The position numbers and the translations under genes are program-made. From Acidimicrobiia bacterium (GTDB lineage Bacteria > Actinomycetota > Acidimicrobiia > Spongiisociales > ZC4RG35), in contig JBGTNX010000017.1 of the NCBI GenBank assembly GCA_041742825.1, positions 7,716-71,715 of the forward strand: 64,000 nt of DNA, given 5' to 3'. The notes under the pieces were generated by a model. It was not told the DNA's origin. It saw only the letters and a program-made list of their open reading frames with translations, and searched no databases. Shown here in pieces: positions 1 through 10,186 of the stretch; position 1 is the stretch's first letter; every line of letters begins with the position of its first letter.

Positions 1-2
1 AG

Positions 3-374
3 TTTCCCGGGGAGCTCGAGGCGTACCTGGAGCATCCCGAGGCGCTGGGATTTGCCGATGAGACGCTTTCCGACCTCGCAGAGAGAATGGCCGAAGTCGC
101 TCGAAGGCTCGACCAGGTACACCCCCACGGTGACGTGGTGATCGTCTCCCACCAGGATCCGATCCAGGCGGCCCGGCTCCGCCTCATCGGCTCACCGCTC
201 TCCAATCTCCAGGAGGACAAGCCAGCGCACGGTGCGGTCGTCACATTGCGTCCCGGAACCACCTGGGTCGAGCAAACGATGTGGAGCCCCGGAGACACTC
301 CTGGCTTCGGCGAGCATGCCGATCTCAGGGCTGTGGCCAACGAAGACAAGCCCGACGGTCCAACTTCGGCTTGA
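3..374 (+). CDS. histidine phosphatase family protein, C-terminal part (5' end outside window)
   Basis: Frame open to window edge; ...HGDVVIVSHQDPIQAARLRL... resembles the C-terminal half of phosphoglycerate-mutase-like histidine phosphatases. Confidence 0.55.
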   Translation, partial: FPGELEAYLEHPEALGFADETLSDLAERMAEVARRLDQVHPHGDVVIVSHQDPIQAARLRLIGSPLSNLQEDKPAHGAVVTLRPGTTWVEQTMWSPGDTPGFGEHADLRAVANEDKPDGPTSA

Positions 375-399
375 AGGCACCGGCTGCGACAATAGAGCC

Positions 400-1140
400 G
401 TGAAACCGACCCTGATCGCTGCAACGCCGATGCTGGCGGTCTTGATCTGGCTCGGTGCCATCATGCTCGAACCAGGCCCCTACCACCCCAATTCTGTACT
501 CCTCGTCGGTCTCGGCTGGCTCCTCCTGTCAACTGTTGCCACTGTCGGCCTGGTGCTTGTGGGCGGGCGCTGGGCGCTGCGCACCCTCATCGTTGTCCTC
601 GGGACGACTCTCTGGGTCGGAACCGTGATTCCCCTCTCCTCCTGGAACATGGCTGGTCTGGGAGCTACGGCACTGGGCCTGATCCTGTTGCTGTCACCCC
701 GTCAACATCGGCTCATCAGGAAGCTCCCGTCCGCGAGTGGCCCTCCCGCCCGATCGGTGATCGTGACCCTCGGGGCTTTGGGTCTCCCCCTTGCCCTCGG
801 CCTGGTACCAGCCGACGCCAACGCCTGGGTGATCGTGATGGCGGCGTGTGGGCCTCTGACCGCCCTTCTCTACAGCCGGACCATTCCCGGAGGCCTCGCC
901 GCCATTCGTTTCGGGCTGATCGCAGCGTCGCTCGCACTCGCGGCGTTGATGCCTCTCCCCCATGCGATTGCTGCGGTGGTGTTGTCCGCAGCAATCACCG
1001 CGATTGCCTGGTCGTCCGACGTCGCTGTTGCCTTCCGGCCCCTGATCGAAAAGGGGACGAGTTATGCAATCCCTCCTGAACTGGCACCGAAGGAGATCCT
1101 CGACCGGGCCGGCATCGACGAGAAGGGCCAGGCCCTCTGA
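400..1140 (+). CDS. polytopic membrane protein, unknown function
   Basis: ORF 232..1140 trimmed to the first in-frame GTG after the upstream stop (alt ATG 430); a series of hydrophobic helices, no family recognised. Confidence 0.5.
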   Translation: MKPTLIAATPMLAVLIWLGAIMLEPGPYHPNSVLLVGLGWLLLSTVATVGLVLVGGRWALRTLIVVLGTTLWVGTVIPLSSWNMAGLGATALGLILLLSPRQHRLIRKLPSASGPPARSVIVTLGALGLPLALGLVPADANAWVIVMAACGPLTALLYSRTIPGGLAAIRFGLIAASLALAALMPLPHAIAAVVLSAAITAIAWSSDVAVAFRPLIEKGTSYAIPPELAPKEILDRAGIDEKGQAL

Positions 1141-1214
1141 GACGTACCCCGAACCCCTGGATTGTCATCCCATCCCTGACGGTCGGGCTCCTCGCAGGGC
1201 TTCTGGGTTGGTTC

Positions 1215-1421
1215 GTGACGGATCTGAGCTGTACGGCCTCCGACCCGGTCGGGGCGATGACCCACTGTTACGGCTGGTCGGCGGCGATGGCCGCAGGGGC
1301 ATTCCTCGTTGTGACAATCGGGATGGCACTGGTCCTGGTGCTTGTCTACCGCAGCCTTGGGGAATGGCAGGAAGCGCGGGCCAGGAACGAGGATCCTCCC
1401 GGCCCGGGATATGAGGTCTAG
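1215..1421 (+). CDS. small hypothetical membrane protein
   Basis: 68-aa ORF with one clear TM (AGAFLVVTIGMALVLVLVY). A second hydrophobic stretch lies in frame upstream but has no canonical start. Confidence 0.3.
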   Translation: MTDLSCTASDPVGAMTHCYGWSAAMAAGAFLVVTIGMALVLVLVYRSLGEWQEARARNEDPPGPGYEV

Positions 1422-1433
1422 TCGGACAGTTGG

Positions 1434-1679
1434 TTAGGCGTTGAGCTTGGTGTGGACGAGATCGACTGCCTGGCCGACCGTCATGATCGACTCAGCTTCC
1501 TCATCGGGAATCTTCACCCCGAACTCATCTTCGAGTGCCATCAGCAGCTCGACTACTCCGAGGCTGTCGACATCGAGGTCTTCTTCGAAGTGGGCTTCAT
1601 CGTTGATCTTCTCTGCGTCGAGCCCGAGTTCGGACACGAGCACTCCGGTCAACTTCTCCGATACTTCGTTTCTTTCCAT
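1434..1679 (-). CDS. acpP: acyl carrier protein
   Basis: 81 aa, acidic, phosphopantetheine attachment motif LDVDSLGVVEL; last gene of the fab cluster. Confidence 0.95.
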   Translation of the reverse strand: MERNEVSEKLTGVLVSELGLDAEKINDEAHFEEDLDVDSLGVVELLMALEDEFGVKIPDEEAESIMTVGQAVDLVHTKLNA

Positions 1680-1713
1680 TTCTCGTTTCTCCTATCTATC
1701 AGTTGGGAAGAAC

Positions 1714-2460
1714 TTACAGGGTGATCCCGCCGTCCACGGCCAAAACCTGGCCTGTTATGTAGCTGCTTGCATCGGATGCGAGAAATCCGACCGCCTCGGC
1801 GACCTCCTCGGGCTGTCCGAAGCGCCCCAGCGCAACGGCTGCGGAGGCCGATTCCTTGACACCCTCACCAAGGGCGTCCGTCATGTCGGTCTCGATGTAA
1901 CCGGGTGCAACCACATTCGAGGTGATCCCCCGGGAGCCGACTTCTTTGGCGATCGACTTGGCGAAGGCAATCATCCCCGCCTTGGATGCGGCGTAGTTTG
2001 CCTGGCCGGCGTTGCCGGAGATTCCCGCAACCGACGCGATCGAGATGATTCGGCCCCATCTCGCCTTGAGCATTCCCCGAAGCGACGCCTTCGTGCAGAG
2101 GAAGGCCGAGCGGAGGTTGGTCTGAATCACCGAGTCGAAGTCTTCGTGGGTCATCCGGAGCAGGAGATTGTCCCTGGTGATGCCGGCATTGTTGACGAGA
2201 ACATCGACCGTTCCCAGTTCGGCTGCGACCAGGGCGAAAAGGCCGTCGACCTGATCGGGATCGGAGACATCGGCTTGAGCGGACATCGCCCGGCCCCCGG
2301 CCGACTCGATCCGGGCAACTACGTCGGCGGCGGCAGACGAATTGGCCGAATAGTTGACCACAACCGCGTGGCCGTCTTCGGCGAGTCGTAGCGCAATTGC
2401 CCTTCCTATCCCCCTCGAGCTACCCGTCACCAGAGCTACCCGGGAATCACCGCCGGTCAA
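1714..2460 (-). CDS. fabG: 3-oxoacyl-ACP reductase (SDR)
   Basis: TGSSRGIG Rossmann motif, NNAG, YxxxK (YAASKAG); sits between fabH and acpP. Confidence 0.9.
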   Translation of the reverse strand: MTGGDSRVALVTGSSRGIGRAIALRLAEDGHAVVVNYSANSSAAADVVARIESAGGRAMSAQADVSDPDQVDGLFALVAAELGTVDVLVNNAGITRDNLLLRMTHEDFDSVIQTNLRSAFLCTKASLRGMLKARWGRIISIASVAGISGNAGQANYAASKAGMIAFAKSIAKEVGSRGITSNVVAPGYIETDMTDALGEGVKESASAAVALGRFGQPEEVAEAVGFLASDASSYITGQVLAVDGGITL

Positions 2461-3542
2461 GCCAACTTCTCCGGGACCCCGAAGAAGTCGAAGTTCGACT
2501 GGAGTATCTCGAGCGTGGTGCGATCGACAGGGGGCAATTCGGCGTCGCTCTCCTGCAATGGCTCGACCCGGTCACCCCAGCGGACGATTGCCGAGCCCCA
2601 GGTAAGGCCGCCTCCGAATGCGGTGAAGGCAACTATGGAGCCGGGCGAGATCTGTCCCTGCTCCAAAGCCTCGGTTAGTGCAACCGGGATCGTTGCGGCA
2701 GAAGTGTTGCCGTATGAGTGGATGTTGACGAACACCTTGGCGCTGTCGACACCCAGCCGACGGGCGGTGGCGTCGATGATCCTGACGTTTGCCTGGTGCG
2801 GAATGAGGATGTCGACATCCTCCAATTCGAGGCCTGACTTCTCCAGGGCCTGGAGCGAGCTTTCCGCCATCTTGGTGACGGCGCGTCTGAATACCTCCTG
2901 GCCATCCATCCTGATTGCGCACTGATCCGGGGCGCGCTGCGACCAGTCGCCCTGGGTACCGTCTGCAGGCACCTCGAGGAACTTGCCCGCGGTCCCGTCG
3001 ATGCCGAGCTCGGAGCCGAGCACGCCAACACCGTCCTCGCAGGGTTCGAGGACCACGGCCCCCGCTCCGTCGCCGAAGAGGACACAGGTGGTGCGGTCGG
3101 TGAAATTCATCAGGTGATGGAGCTTCTCGGTGCCAACCAACAAGACGATCTTGTTGGTCCCGCCCCTGATCATGTTGGCCCCGGTAACCAGCCCGTAAAC
3201 GAAACCGGAGCAGGCGGCATTGAGGTCCATAGCTGCCGCGTTGATTGCGCCGATTTTCTCCTGCACCCGGGAGGCAGTCGAGGGGATGATCGAGTCGCCG
3301 GAGCATGTGGCGACAAGCAACAGATCGACGTCATCAACCGACCTGCCGGCCGCGGCGAGGGCGCGCATGCAGGCAACCGCCGCCAGATCGGAGGCCTCGA
3401 CATCAGAGATCCGGCGCTCTTTGATCCCGGTGCGCGTGGTGATCCAGTCGTCGGATGTGTCGATGATCTGTTCCAGATCGTGATTGGAAAGGACGTTGGG
3501 AGGCATGCACTTGCCCCAGCCGGTTATCTCAGCATTCATCAT
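2457..3542 (-). CDS. fabH: beta-ketoacyl-ACP synthase III with about 40-aa C-terminal extension
   Basis: KAS III features: NAACSGF active-site Cys, HQAN, GNTSAA; 4-nt overlap with fabG start. Confidence 0.9.
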   Translation of the reverse strand: MMNAEITGWGKCMPPNVLSNHDLEQIIDTSDDWITTRTGIKERRISDVEASDLAAVACMRALAAAGRSVDDVDLLLVATCSGDSIIPSTASRVQEKIGAINAAAMDLNAACSGFVYGLVTGANMIRGGTNKIVLLVGTEKLHHLMNFTDRTTCVLFGDGAGAVVLEPCEDGVGVLGSELGIDGTAGKFLEVPADGTQGDWSQRAPDQCAIRMDGQEVFRRAVTKMAESSLQALEKSGLELEDVDILIPHQANVRIIDATARRLGVDSAKVFVNIHSYGNTSAATIPVALTEALEQGQISPGSIVAFTAFGGGLTWGSAIVRWGDRVEPLQESDAELPPVDRTTLEILQSNFDFFGVPEKLA

Positions 3543-3553
3543 TCACACCTTTG

Positions 3554-4492
3554 CTACTGATCCATCGTACCCAGTGACTCAACCGCTGAGTCGATGTCAT
3601 CCCGCGATGACACGGTAAACACGTTTGCGTCAGGAATCGTCCGTTTCGCCAGCCCCGCCGTCACGTCGCCAGGCCCGATGTGGACGAAGGTACTGACCCC
3701 GGATGCGGCCATGTTGCGGAGCGACTCCTCGAAGCGAACCGGTGAAGTCACCTGTTCGACGAGCTTCGCCCCGATCGAGTTTGGCTCATGTGGCCGGCTT
3801 GTCACGTTGGAGATGACATCGAATTTGGGTGTGGCGAAGCTGACATCAGCCGTCAATTCGGCAAGATAGCCCGCAGCCGGGGACATGAAGGAGGAATGGA
3901 ACCCGCCGGCAACTTTGAGGGGAATCACCCGTCTCACTCCGAGGTCCTTGCCATGTTCCTCCAGCCACTCGAGATCGGCGGAGCCTCCGGCAACGACGAT
4001 CTGGCCCGGAGCGTTCAGGTTGGCAAGCTGTAGCCTGCCCCCTTCGCTCTGGTTTTCGGTGACGACTCTCTCCGCGAGCGCTTCGTCGCCCCCGATCAGT
4101 GCTGCCATGCCCGACGGCTCCATGTCTGCGGCACTGGCCATGTGCTTCCCTCTGCCGGCAACCAACCGCAGACCGTCCTCGAAGCTCAGAGTCCCGGCTG
4201 CCGCGAGGGCGGTGTATTCGCCCAGAGAGTGGCCCGCAGCTGCGATGGGGAAAGTGCCCACCGCCTCCCGAAAAGAGAGCCACAGGGCGTAGGAGACGGC
4301 AAAGAGCGCGGGTTGGGCATGTTCAGTACGGGTCAGGTCTTCAGCAGGACCGTCGAGACACAGCGTCCGCAATGACCAGCCGAGGATCGAATCGGCGGTC
4401 TCTCCGAGCAGGACGGGGTGGGCTTCGAAGCTGTCAGCCCCCATGCCGACGCTCTGACTGCCCTGGCCGGGGAAGAGAATCGCGTAGCTCAC
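3554..4492 (-). CDS. fabD: malonyl-CoA:ACP transacylase
   Basis: FPGQGSQ N-terminus and GHSLGE active-site serine motif. Confidence 0.9.
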   Translation of the reverse strand: MSYAILFPGQGSQSVGMGADSFEAHPVLLGETADSILGWSLRTLCLDGPAEDLTRTEHAQPALFAVSYALWLSFREAVGTFPIAAAGHSLGEYTALAAAGTLSFEDGLRLVAGRGKHMASAADMEPSGMAALIGGDEALAERVVTENQSEGGRLQLANLNAPGQIVVAGGSADLEWLEEHGKDLGVRRVIPLKVAGGFHSSFMSPAAGYLAELTADVSFATPKFDVISNVTSRPHEPNSIGAKLVEQVTSPVRFEESLRNMAASGVSTFVHIGPGDVTAGLAKRTIPDANVFTVSSRDDIDSAVESLGTMDQ

Positions 4493-4523
4493 TGAGTTTT
4501 CGACCCCGCCGGCCCGTCAACGG

Positions 4524-5549
4524 TTACGACAGAGCGGCCAGCAGCCCATCGACATCGTCCCGGTCGACGTCGCGATGGGTGACCAGGCGCCAGCCACCGA
4601 GCATGGGCGGGTTCGCTCGCACTCCCGCGTTGTCCAATCTCCCTTTGATCTCATTCCAGGCCATACCCAGAGCCTCGCTATCGACGCGGACCATGTTGGT
4701 CTCCACATCTGCCACGTCCACCGACCCGGGAAATCGCTCTGCAAGGCCTGCGGCGAGGTAGGCGGCGAGGTCATGGTCCTCAACTAGCCGCTCCCTCTCC
4801 GAAAGTGCAACCCGCGCGGCAGCGGCGATGACCCCGGCCTGGCGCATGCCTCCTCCCAGCCTCTTCCGCAGGTACCTGATCTCGGATATCGAATCCCGCG
4901 GTCCGCAGACGATGGAGCCGACCGGCGCTCCCAGGCCCTTGGAGAAACAGAACTGGATGGTGTCGGCGTGTTTCGACCAGGTCGCCGCGTCGATTCCGGT
5001 TGCGGTGACCGCGTTGAAGATACGAGCCCCGTCGATATGGACCTTGAGCCCTCTTGCTGTCGCAGTTGCCGAAGTCTCTTTGAAGATCTCATACGGGATC
5101 ACCCGGCCGCCGGAGAGATTGTGGGTGTTTTCCCAAACCATGAGGCTGATCCTGGGAAAGAACCCGACTGCGTCCATTGCCCGGTCGACGTCTCCGGGCA
5201 TTATCTGACCGTTGGGGTTGGAGACGGTCCGGAACCCGACACCGGAGAGGGCCTGGGGTGCGCCGCCCTCGATGCTCCTGACGTGGCTAGCCTCGTTGGC
5301 CAGCACCTCCTCACCGGGGCTGGTGTGGAACATGATCGACAGTTGATTGCCCATTGTGCCGGTCGGGACGTAGATTGCGGCTTCCTTGCCTGTGACCTCG
5401 GCGGATTCCTCCTCCAGGAGGTTCACGGTGGGATCGTCGTGATAGACGTCATCCCCCACCGGAGCGTCTGCCATCGCCTCGAGCATTGCCGGAGTGGGCC
5501 GGGTGACCGTGTCGGACCTGAAATCGGCGCTGCCGTCGCGAAAAGCCAT
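4524..5549 (-). CDS. ltaE: low-specificity L-threonine aldolase (PLP-dependent)
   Basis: FRSDTVTRPT...GDDVYHDDPT...PTGTMGNQL and FSKGLGAPVGS (Lys) motifs typical of beta-eliminating lyase/threonine aldolase family. Confidence 0.8.
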   Translation of the reverse strand: MAFRDGSADFRSDTVTRPTPAMLEAMADAPVGDDVYHDDPTVNLLEEESAEVTGKEAAIYVPTGTMGNQLSIMFHTSPGEEVLANEASHVRSIEGGAPQALSGVGFRTVSNPNGQIMPGDVDRAMDAVGFFPRISLMVWENTHNLSGGRVIPYEIFKETSATATARGLKVHIDGARIFNAVTATGIDAATWSKHADTIQFCFSKGLGAPVGSIVCGPRDSISEIRYLRKRLGGGMRQAGVIAAAARVALSERERLVEDHDLAAYLAAGLAERFPGSVDVADVETNMVRVDSEALGMAWNEIKGRLDNAGVRANPPMLGGWRLVTHRDVDRDDVDGLLAALS

Positions 5550-5590
5550 GTGTGAAGGGTAGTGCCGCGCCTATTGCCCGATACAGAGTG

Positions 5591-6772
5591 TCACAGGCGG
5601 CCGAGTGCCGTCCCGATCCGCTGTGCCGCTTCGGTGATACGGTCCGCATCCTCGACAAGGGCAAAGCGGACATGGCCTTCGCCTGCGGTGCCGAAGCCCA
5701 ACCCGGGGCTCACCGCTACTCCGGCCTTCTCCAGCAGGTGGATGGAGAAGTCGAGCGACCCCATATCTGCGTACGCCTCCGGGATCCTCGCCCAGACGAA
5801 CATCGTCGCTTCCGGCGGGGCAACGACCCAACCAATTTCCTCGAGACCGTCGATCAGGGCATCGCGTCGCTGCCGGTAGATCTCGTTGACCTCGTCGACG
5901 AACCCGTCTCCATCGTTGAGCGCTGCAGCCGCCGCGACCTGGATCGGCTGGAAGGTCCCGTACTCGAGATAGCTCTTCAGTTTGGCCAGGGCGCCGACAA
6001 TCTCAGGGTTACCCGCCATGAAACCGACCCGCCAACCCGCCATCGAATGGCCTTTGGTCATCGAGTAGAGCTCGACACCAACCTCCATGGCACCGTCGAC
6101 TTCGAGCAAGGAAGGGGCCCGGTAACCGCCAAAGGCGATGTCGGCGTAGGCGAAGTCATGGACGACGACGACCTCCTGCTCCCTGGCGAAAGCCACGAGC
6201 CGCTCGAAGAACCCGATGCCCACGGTCTTTGTCGTCGGGTTGTGAGGAAAGCTGACGATGATTACCCGTGGCCGGGGCCATGAGTTTTTGAACATCCGGT
6301 CGACCACCTCGAAGTAGTCCTCCTCCGAGCCGATCGGGGCAATCCTGACCTCGGCCCCGGCAATCACGGGGGCAAAGATATGGATTGGATACGACGGGTC
6401 CGGGACGATTGCTGCGTCTCCGGGCTGGAGAAGCGTCCACATCAGATGAGACAGGCCTTCTTTGGCGCCAATTGTGGCGATCACCTCGGTGTCCGGGTCG
6501 AGGGAGACTCCGAACCGCCGTTTGTAGCGGGCAGCGAGAGCGATCCGGAGGTCGTCGATCCCTCGCGACGCCGAATACCGGTGGTTGCCGGGATTCAGGG
6601 CCTCCGCTCGCAGCGTTTCGACTGCGATCTCAGGCGAGGGGATATCCGGGTTGCCGAACCCAAGGTCGATGACATCGACGCCGGACTCTCTGACCTCCAA
6701 CTTGGGACGGTTTACCTCCGCAAACGCATACGGGGGCAGCGATCCGATGCGTCTGAAGTCCATTGAGGTCAA
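5591..6772 (-). CDS. class I/II PLP aminotransferase (AlaA/AspC-like)
   Basis: LPPYAF...DLGFGNPD...HRYSASRG...NPTT...YSMTKGHSMAGWRVG motifs. Confidence 0.85.
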   Translation of the reverse strand: MTSMDFRRIGSLPPYAFAEVNRPKLEVRESGVDVIDLGFGNPDIPSPEIAVETLRAEALNPGNHRYSASRGIDDLRIALAARYKRRFGVSLDPDTEVIATIGAKEGLSHLMWTLLQPGDAAIVPDPSYPIHIFAPVIAGAEVRIAPIGSEEDYFEVVDRMFKNSWPRPRVIIVSFPHNPTTKTVGIGFFERLVAFAREQEVVVVHDFAYADIAFGGYRAPSLLEVDGAMEVGVELYSMTKGHSMAGWRVGFMAGNPEIVGALAKLKSYLEYGTFQPIQVAAAAALNDGDGFVDEVNEIYRQRRDALIDGLEEIGWVVAPPEATMFVWARIPEAYADMGSLDFSIHLLEKAGVAVSPGLGFGTAGEGHVRFALVEDADRITEAAQRIGTALGRL

Positions 6773-6816
6773 TGTAGTCCCGGGGCAGGTGAATCCCGGG
6801 CAGTTGATTCCCTGGT

Positions 6817-7263
6817 CTAACCGTTGAGACGGTCGAAGATGCCCCTGATCTTGGTCGGGACGAGACCCCTCGCCAGTGACAGGACGTCCTCGATCAGCTT
6901 GAGCAGGTCGACCGGGCCGTCCCAGTGCTCCTCGACGATCTCGGGGCCGGAGCGAGTGATCAGCCCGTCGATGGCCAGCAGTAGAAAGAGGATGTCGTCG
7001 GCCCAGCCGACCACGGGGACGATGTCCGGGATGAGGTCGATCGGACTGGCCACATAGGCTGCGGCAGCACCGAGGGCAATTTTCGAACGGCGTGGCACCC
7101 GCGGATCGGCGAGCAGCCTTCCCACCAGCTTGACGAGGTTGGGCACGATCAGAATCGTGTCCTGGATCATCTTTCGTCCCTGCACGGCATTCCCACCGGG
7201 CGGGACCACTTCGTCGGGACGGACCCGCTCCGGATTGTTGTACGTCATTCGATTTCTATCCAT
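6817..7263 (-). CDS. DUF1232 (YkvA-like) membrane protein
   Basis: YVASPIDLIPDIVPVVGWADD signature of DUF1232; overlaps upstream small ORF. Confidence 0.7.
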   Translation of the reverse strand: MDRNRMTYNNPERVRPDEVVPPGGNAVQGRKMIQDTILIVPNLVKLVGRLLADPRVPRRSKIALGAAAAYVASPIDLIPDIVPVVGWADDILFLLLAIDGLITRSGPEIVEEHWDGPVDLLKLIEDVLSLARGLVPTKIRGIFDRLNG

Positions 7264-7436
7264 TCGGTCCCGTTTGCTGGCTGTTCTCGGTTCTCATTGT
7301 CACCCATTTTCCCCAGTTCGTCTATTACGGCTTCAACTGCCTTTACCCCTTCGATGGCGGCCTGAATCATATGGATCAACGCCCGCTTGCCCGCACGGGC
7401 CAGAGTGGCGAGGACCTCGTCACGGTCAGGCATCAA
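7245..7436 (-). CDS. small hypothetical protein
   Basis: 63-aa ORF, ATGA overlap with the ArsA-like stop suggests translational coupling; no family recognised. Confidence 0.4.
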   Translation of the reverse strand: MMPDRDEVLATLARAGKRALIHMIQAAIEGVKAVEAVIDELGKMGDNENREQPANGTEWIEIE

Positions 7437-8608
7437 GCATTGTCCGGTTCGGTGAAGGAAACGGAGAGGACGCCATTGTCCAGCTTGGCCCGGGTCACCT
7501 CACGCCGATGCAGTGCGTCGGGCAACACAAATGAGCGCCGGTAAGGCCCGAGTTGAACAAACAGCTCGTTTCCCTTGCGGTAGACGTCGAGGTCCGCCTT
7601 CTCGGCAAACGGGACGTCCAACTCCATCGTGACCCCTCCCGTGCCCTCGACGATGCGGAAGGGGCTAGTGGCGTGGAAGTCGGCGATCGGATCGGATTCG
7701 CCGTAGAGCTCCTGGCCCAGCCTCCGGAGCCGGTCGAGCCCGATCATCTCGTCGTCGAAGAGTCGCACCCGAAGTCGGGGCACATCGGCAAACGCCTCGT
7801 CGACCACATCGAGGTGCCCCTTCTGGATCGATCTCCAGCGGTCGAAGTAGGGGTCGGTAACATCGTCGGGGAGCACACGATTCACCACTACTCCGTCCAC
7901 CCCATACCCAAAAAGGCCCAGGTAACTGTAAGTGCGCCGGGCTTCGTCGATCACCATCTTCTCGGGGTTGACCACCAGGCGCGCCGAGGTGATCTCAGGC
8001 GAGCTCATCAGCTCCTTGACCCCCTCGATCGAGTCGAAGACCGACTGCGCAGCGCTGAAGACTTCGTCGCGCGGCAGCGGCAGATCCGTCATCCTGGAGA
8101 GAAGGGGGCGGGCTGCCTTCATCAGTTTCCGTTCGGTGGGCATCACCTTTTCGAAGTACCAGGAGAGAACTTCGGGCAGGGAGAGGAGGCGGAGAGTCTC
8201 TGCGGTTGGGGCGCAGTCGACCACGACCACGTCATACGCCCCGGAGCGGGCGTGCTCGTTGACCTCGATCAGGGCAAACAGCTCGTCCATCCCGGGGAAG
8301 ATCAAAAACTCTTCGGACTCGATTCCTCCCGCCCCACCCCAGTCGAGCACGTCCATGAGCTGGCGCCTGATCGAGCCCCAATACTTGTCGAGTTGACGCT
8401 GGGTGTCGATCTGCTGTCCATGGAGGTAGGGTGCGATCTCGGTCGGCTCGCTGCCCAGCGGCACCGTGAGGGCGTCGGAGAGGGAGTGCGCGGGATCGGT
8501 GGAGGTGACCATCGTCCGGTAGCCGGCGTCGGCAGCGGCCAGGGCGGTTGCCGCGGCGACCGTCGTCTTGCCCACGCCCCCCTTTCCGGTGACGAGGACG
8601 ATCCTCAT
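7433..8608 (-). CDS. ArsA/Get3-family ATPase with C-terminal Hsp20-like domain
   Basis: Deviant Walker A VTGKGGVGKTT, TDPAHSL switch motif; C-terminal ...LDNGVLSVSF resembles the alpha-crystallin fold. Confidence 0.85.
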   Translation of the reverse strand: MRIVLVTGKGGVGKTTVAAATALAAADAGYRTMVTSTDPAHSLSDALTVPLGSEPTEIAPYLHGQQIDTQRQLDKYWGSIRRQLMDVLDWGGAGGIESEEFLIFPGMDELFALIEVNEHARSGAYDVVVVDCAPTAETLRLLSLPEVLSWYFEKVMPTERKLMKAARPLLSRMTDLPLPRDEVFSAAQSVFDSIEGVKELMSSPEITSARLVVNPEKMVIDEARRTYSYLGLFGYGVDGVVVNRVLPDDVTDPYFDRWRSIQKGHLDVVDEAFADVPRLRVRLFDDEMIGLDRLRRLGQELYGESDPIADFHATSPFRIVEGTGGVTMELDVPFAEKADLDVYRKGNELFVQLGPYRRSFVLPDALHRREVTRAKLDNGVLSVSFTEPDNA

Positions 8609-9045
8609 TCAGCCTGCTCGGAGACCCTTTTACGCAGGCCCTTGAGGGCCGTTGTCACGATCTGGCGCTCCGCCTGGCTACGAATGAAGCCGGGGATCTT
8701 GAAGTTGGGCTCGACGCTCAGGGCATAGATCACTTCGACACCGTGCTCGGTCTCGTTGAATGTGTACGAGCCCTCGAGCATCTTCACGTCCCCGCTCGCT
8801 TCGGCCGTCCAACTGAGGGAATGCGGACGAGCGTGGGTGTAGCGCAGGACGTACTCGATCTCTTTGATGAACCCGTCGATAACGAATCGGGCCCGGATGA
8901 CGTTCCCCTGATCGTCGGTTTCCAGAACCTCGACTTCCTTGATCCCGGTAGCCCAGTCGGGGTAACCGGCGATGTCGGCGACGGTGTCGTACAGGTCAGT
9001 CGCAGGTGCGTCTATTTCCAGAGTTTGAAAGGTGCCTTCGCTCAT
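8605..9045 (-). CDS. SRPBCC (polyketide cyclase/dehydrase-like) family protein
   Basis: 146 aa, size and pattern (YPDWATGIKEVEVL...) typical of SRPBCC; 4-nt overlap with the ArsA-like gene. Confidence 0.7.
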   Translation of the reverse strand: MSEGTFQTLEIDAPATDLYDTVADIAGYPDWATGIKEVEVLETDDQGNVIRARFVIDGFIKEIEYVLRYTHARPHSLSWTAEASGDVKMLEGSYTFNETEHGVEVIYALSVEPNFKIPGFIRSQAERQIVTTALKGLRKRVSEQAE

Positions 9046-9078
9046 GTCGTCGCAGGTGAGGTTAGCGCCCGTCCCGGC

Positions 9079-9846
9079 CTAGAAACCGGTGGTCTCGAGA
9101 CGATATGCCCGGCCGGTTGCCCGGAAATACCCGACGTTGACGCACCTCGTCGCTCCGATGCGCCATCGGGATGCCTGGGGCTGGTGGACGTCGCCGAACA
9201 GGTGGATCCGGGGCTGGACGTCACGGATATAGTCGAGAATGGGCTGGGAACTGCGCTCTTTACGCCCGGTGACCACATCCGTTTCCAACGGGCCGAGGGC
9301 AGGGGCGACATGGGTGCACAAGACTTCGACCTCACCGAGTGAGTCCAGGGTTGCCCGCATCTCCTCGTCAGAGGTCTCCCCAGGAGCCTGCATCGGGGTC
9401 GCCACTCCCCCGCCGGCGAACCCGAAGCTCACCCCCTCGATTTCGATCCTCTTCCCGTGGACGTAGTCGAATCCAGGAGGGAGCGAGTCAGCAAGGATGG
9501 CTGGCCGGTCCACGTTCCCGTGGATCACGTAACCCGAAGCGTCCTCCAACGCGGCCTGGAGAAGCCCGTATTGGTCAGCTATGGCCCGCTCGATGTCCTG
9601 GCGCGCCTCGTCCGGGTCGCCAGGACGGTTTCGCCACATCGTCCGCATCTTTTCGAAGTCACCCTCACCCCTGGCGCGCGCCGAATCGCGGGCGAACTCG
9701 ATGCCGAGAGCCGCAGCGACGGCGCCCTCACCAGTCCGGTAATCGGTGAGGTTGGCCAGGTCGCCGAGAATGAGCAATGTCTCGCCTGCCGATGCAATTG
9801 CGGCAAGGGCATCGAAGGCACCGTGGACATCGGAGACGACGAGCAT
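9079..9846 (-). CDS. metallophosphoesterase
   Basis: ORF 9079..10173 trimmed to the internal ATG giving MLVVSDVHG...GDLAN...HGNVD...GDVH motifs. TGATG 1-nt overlap with the upstream membrane ORF. Confidence 0.8.
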   Translation of the reverse strand: MLVVSDVHGAFDALAAIASAGETLLILGDLANLTDYRTGEGAVAAALGIEFARDSARARGEGDFEKMRTMWRNRPGDPDEARQDIERAIADQYGLLQAALEDASGYVIHGNVDRPAILADSLPPGFDYVHGKRIEIEGVSFGFAGGGVATPMQAPGETSDEEMRATLDSLGEVEVLCTHVAPALGPLETDVVTGRKERSSQPILDYIRDVQPRIHLFGDVHQPQASRWRIGATRCVNVGYFRATGRAYRLETTGF

Positions 9847-10142
9847 CAGGCGCCGGCGCCCATCCCGGTGGCGTACCTGACCCAGAGCACACCGAGAAAA
9901 GCGGCCACCAAAGCAGCGACCAGGGCAACTGGCCAACTCAAATCGAGTGGGGAGAATTCGGCGGCCATGCCGCCGATCCCGAATCCGAGGACACCGCCCA
10001 CTACCAAACGACCGCTCTGCCCTATGCGCACCCCCGGATCGCGGTTCTCTCGCCCCAGGTTCTCCGCGAGCGTTCCCCCCATCAGGATCAACAGGAGGGC
10101 CAAAAAACCGACCGCAAGCGAGGTGGCATAGAAAACGACCAT
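9846..10142 (-). CDS. small membrane protein
   Basis: 98 aa, 3 hydrophobic helices, stop overlaps the metallophosphoesterase start. Confidence 0.5.
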   Translation of the reverse strand: MVVFYATSLAVGFLALLLILMGGTLAENLGRENRDPGVRIGQSGRLVVGGVLGFGIGGMAAEFSPLDLSWPVALVAALVAAFLGVLWVRYATGMGAGA

Positions 10143-10186
10143 CCCATTGAGGATAACTTGCGCAACCGCCCAATCGGGTCGGACTC

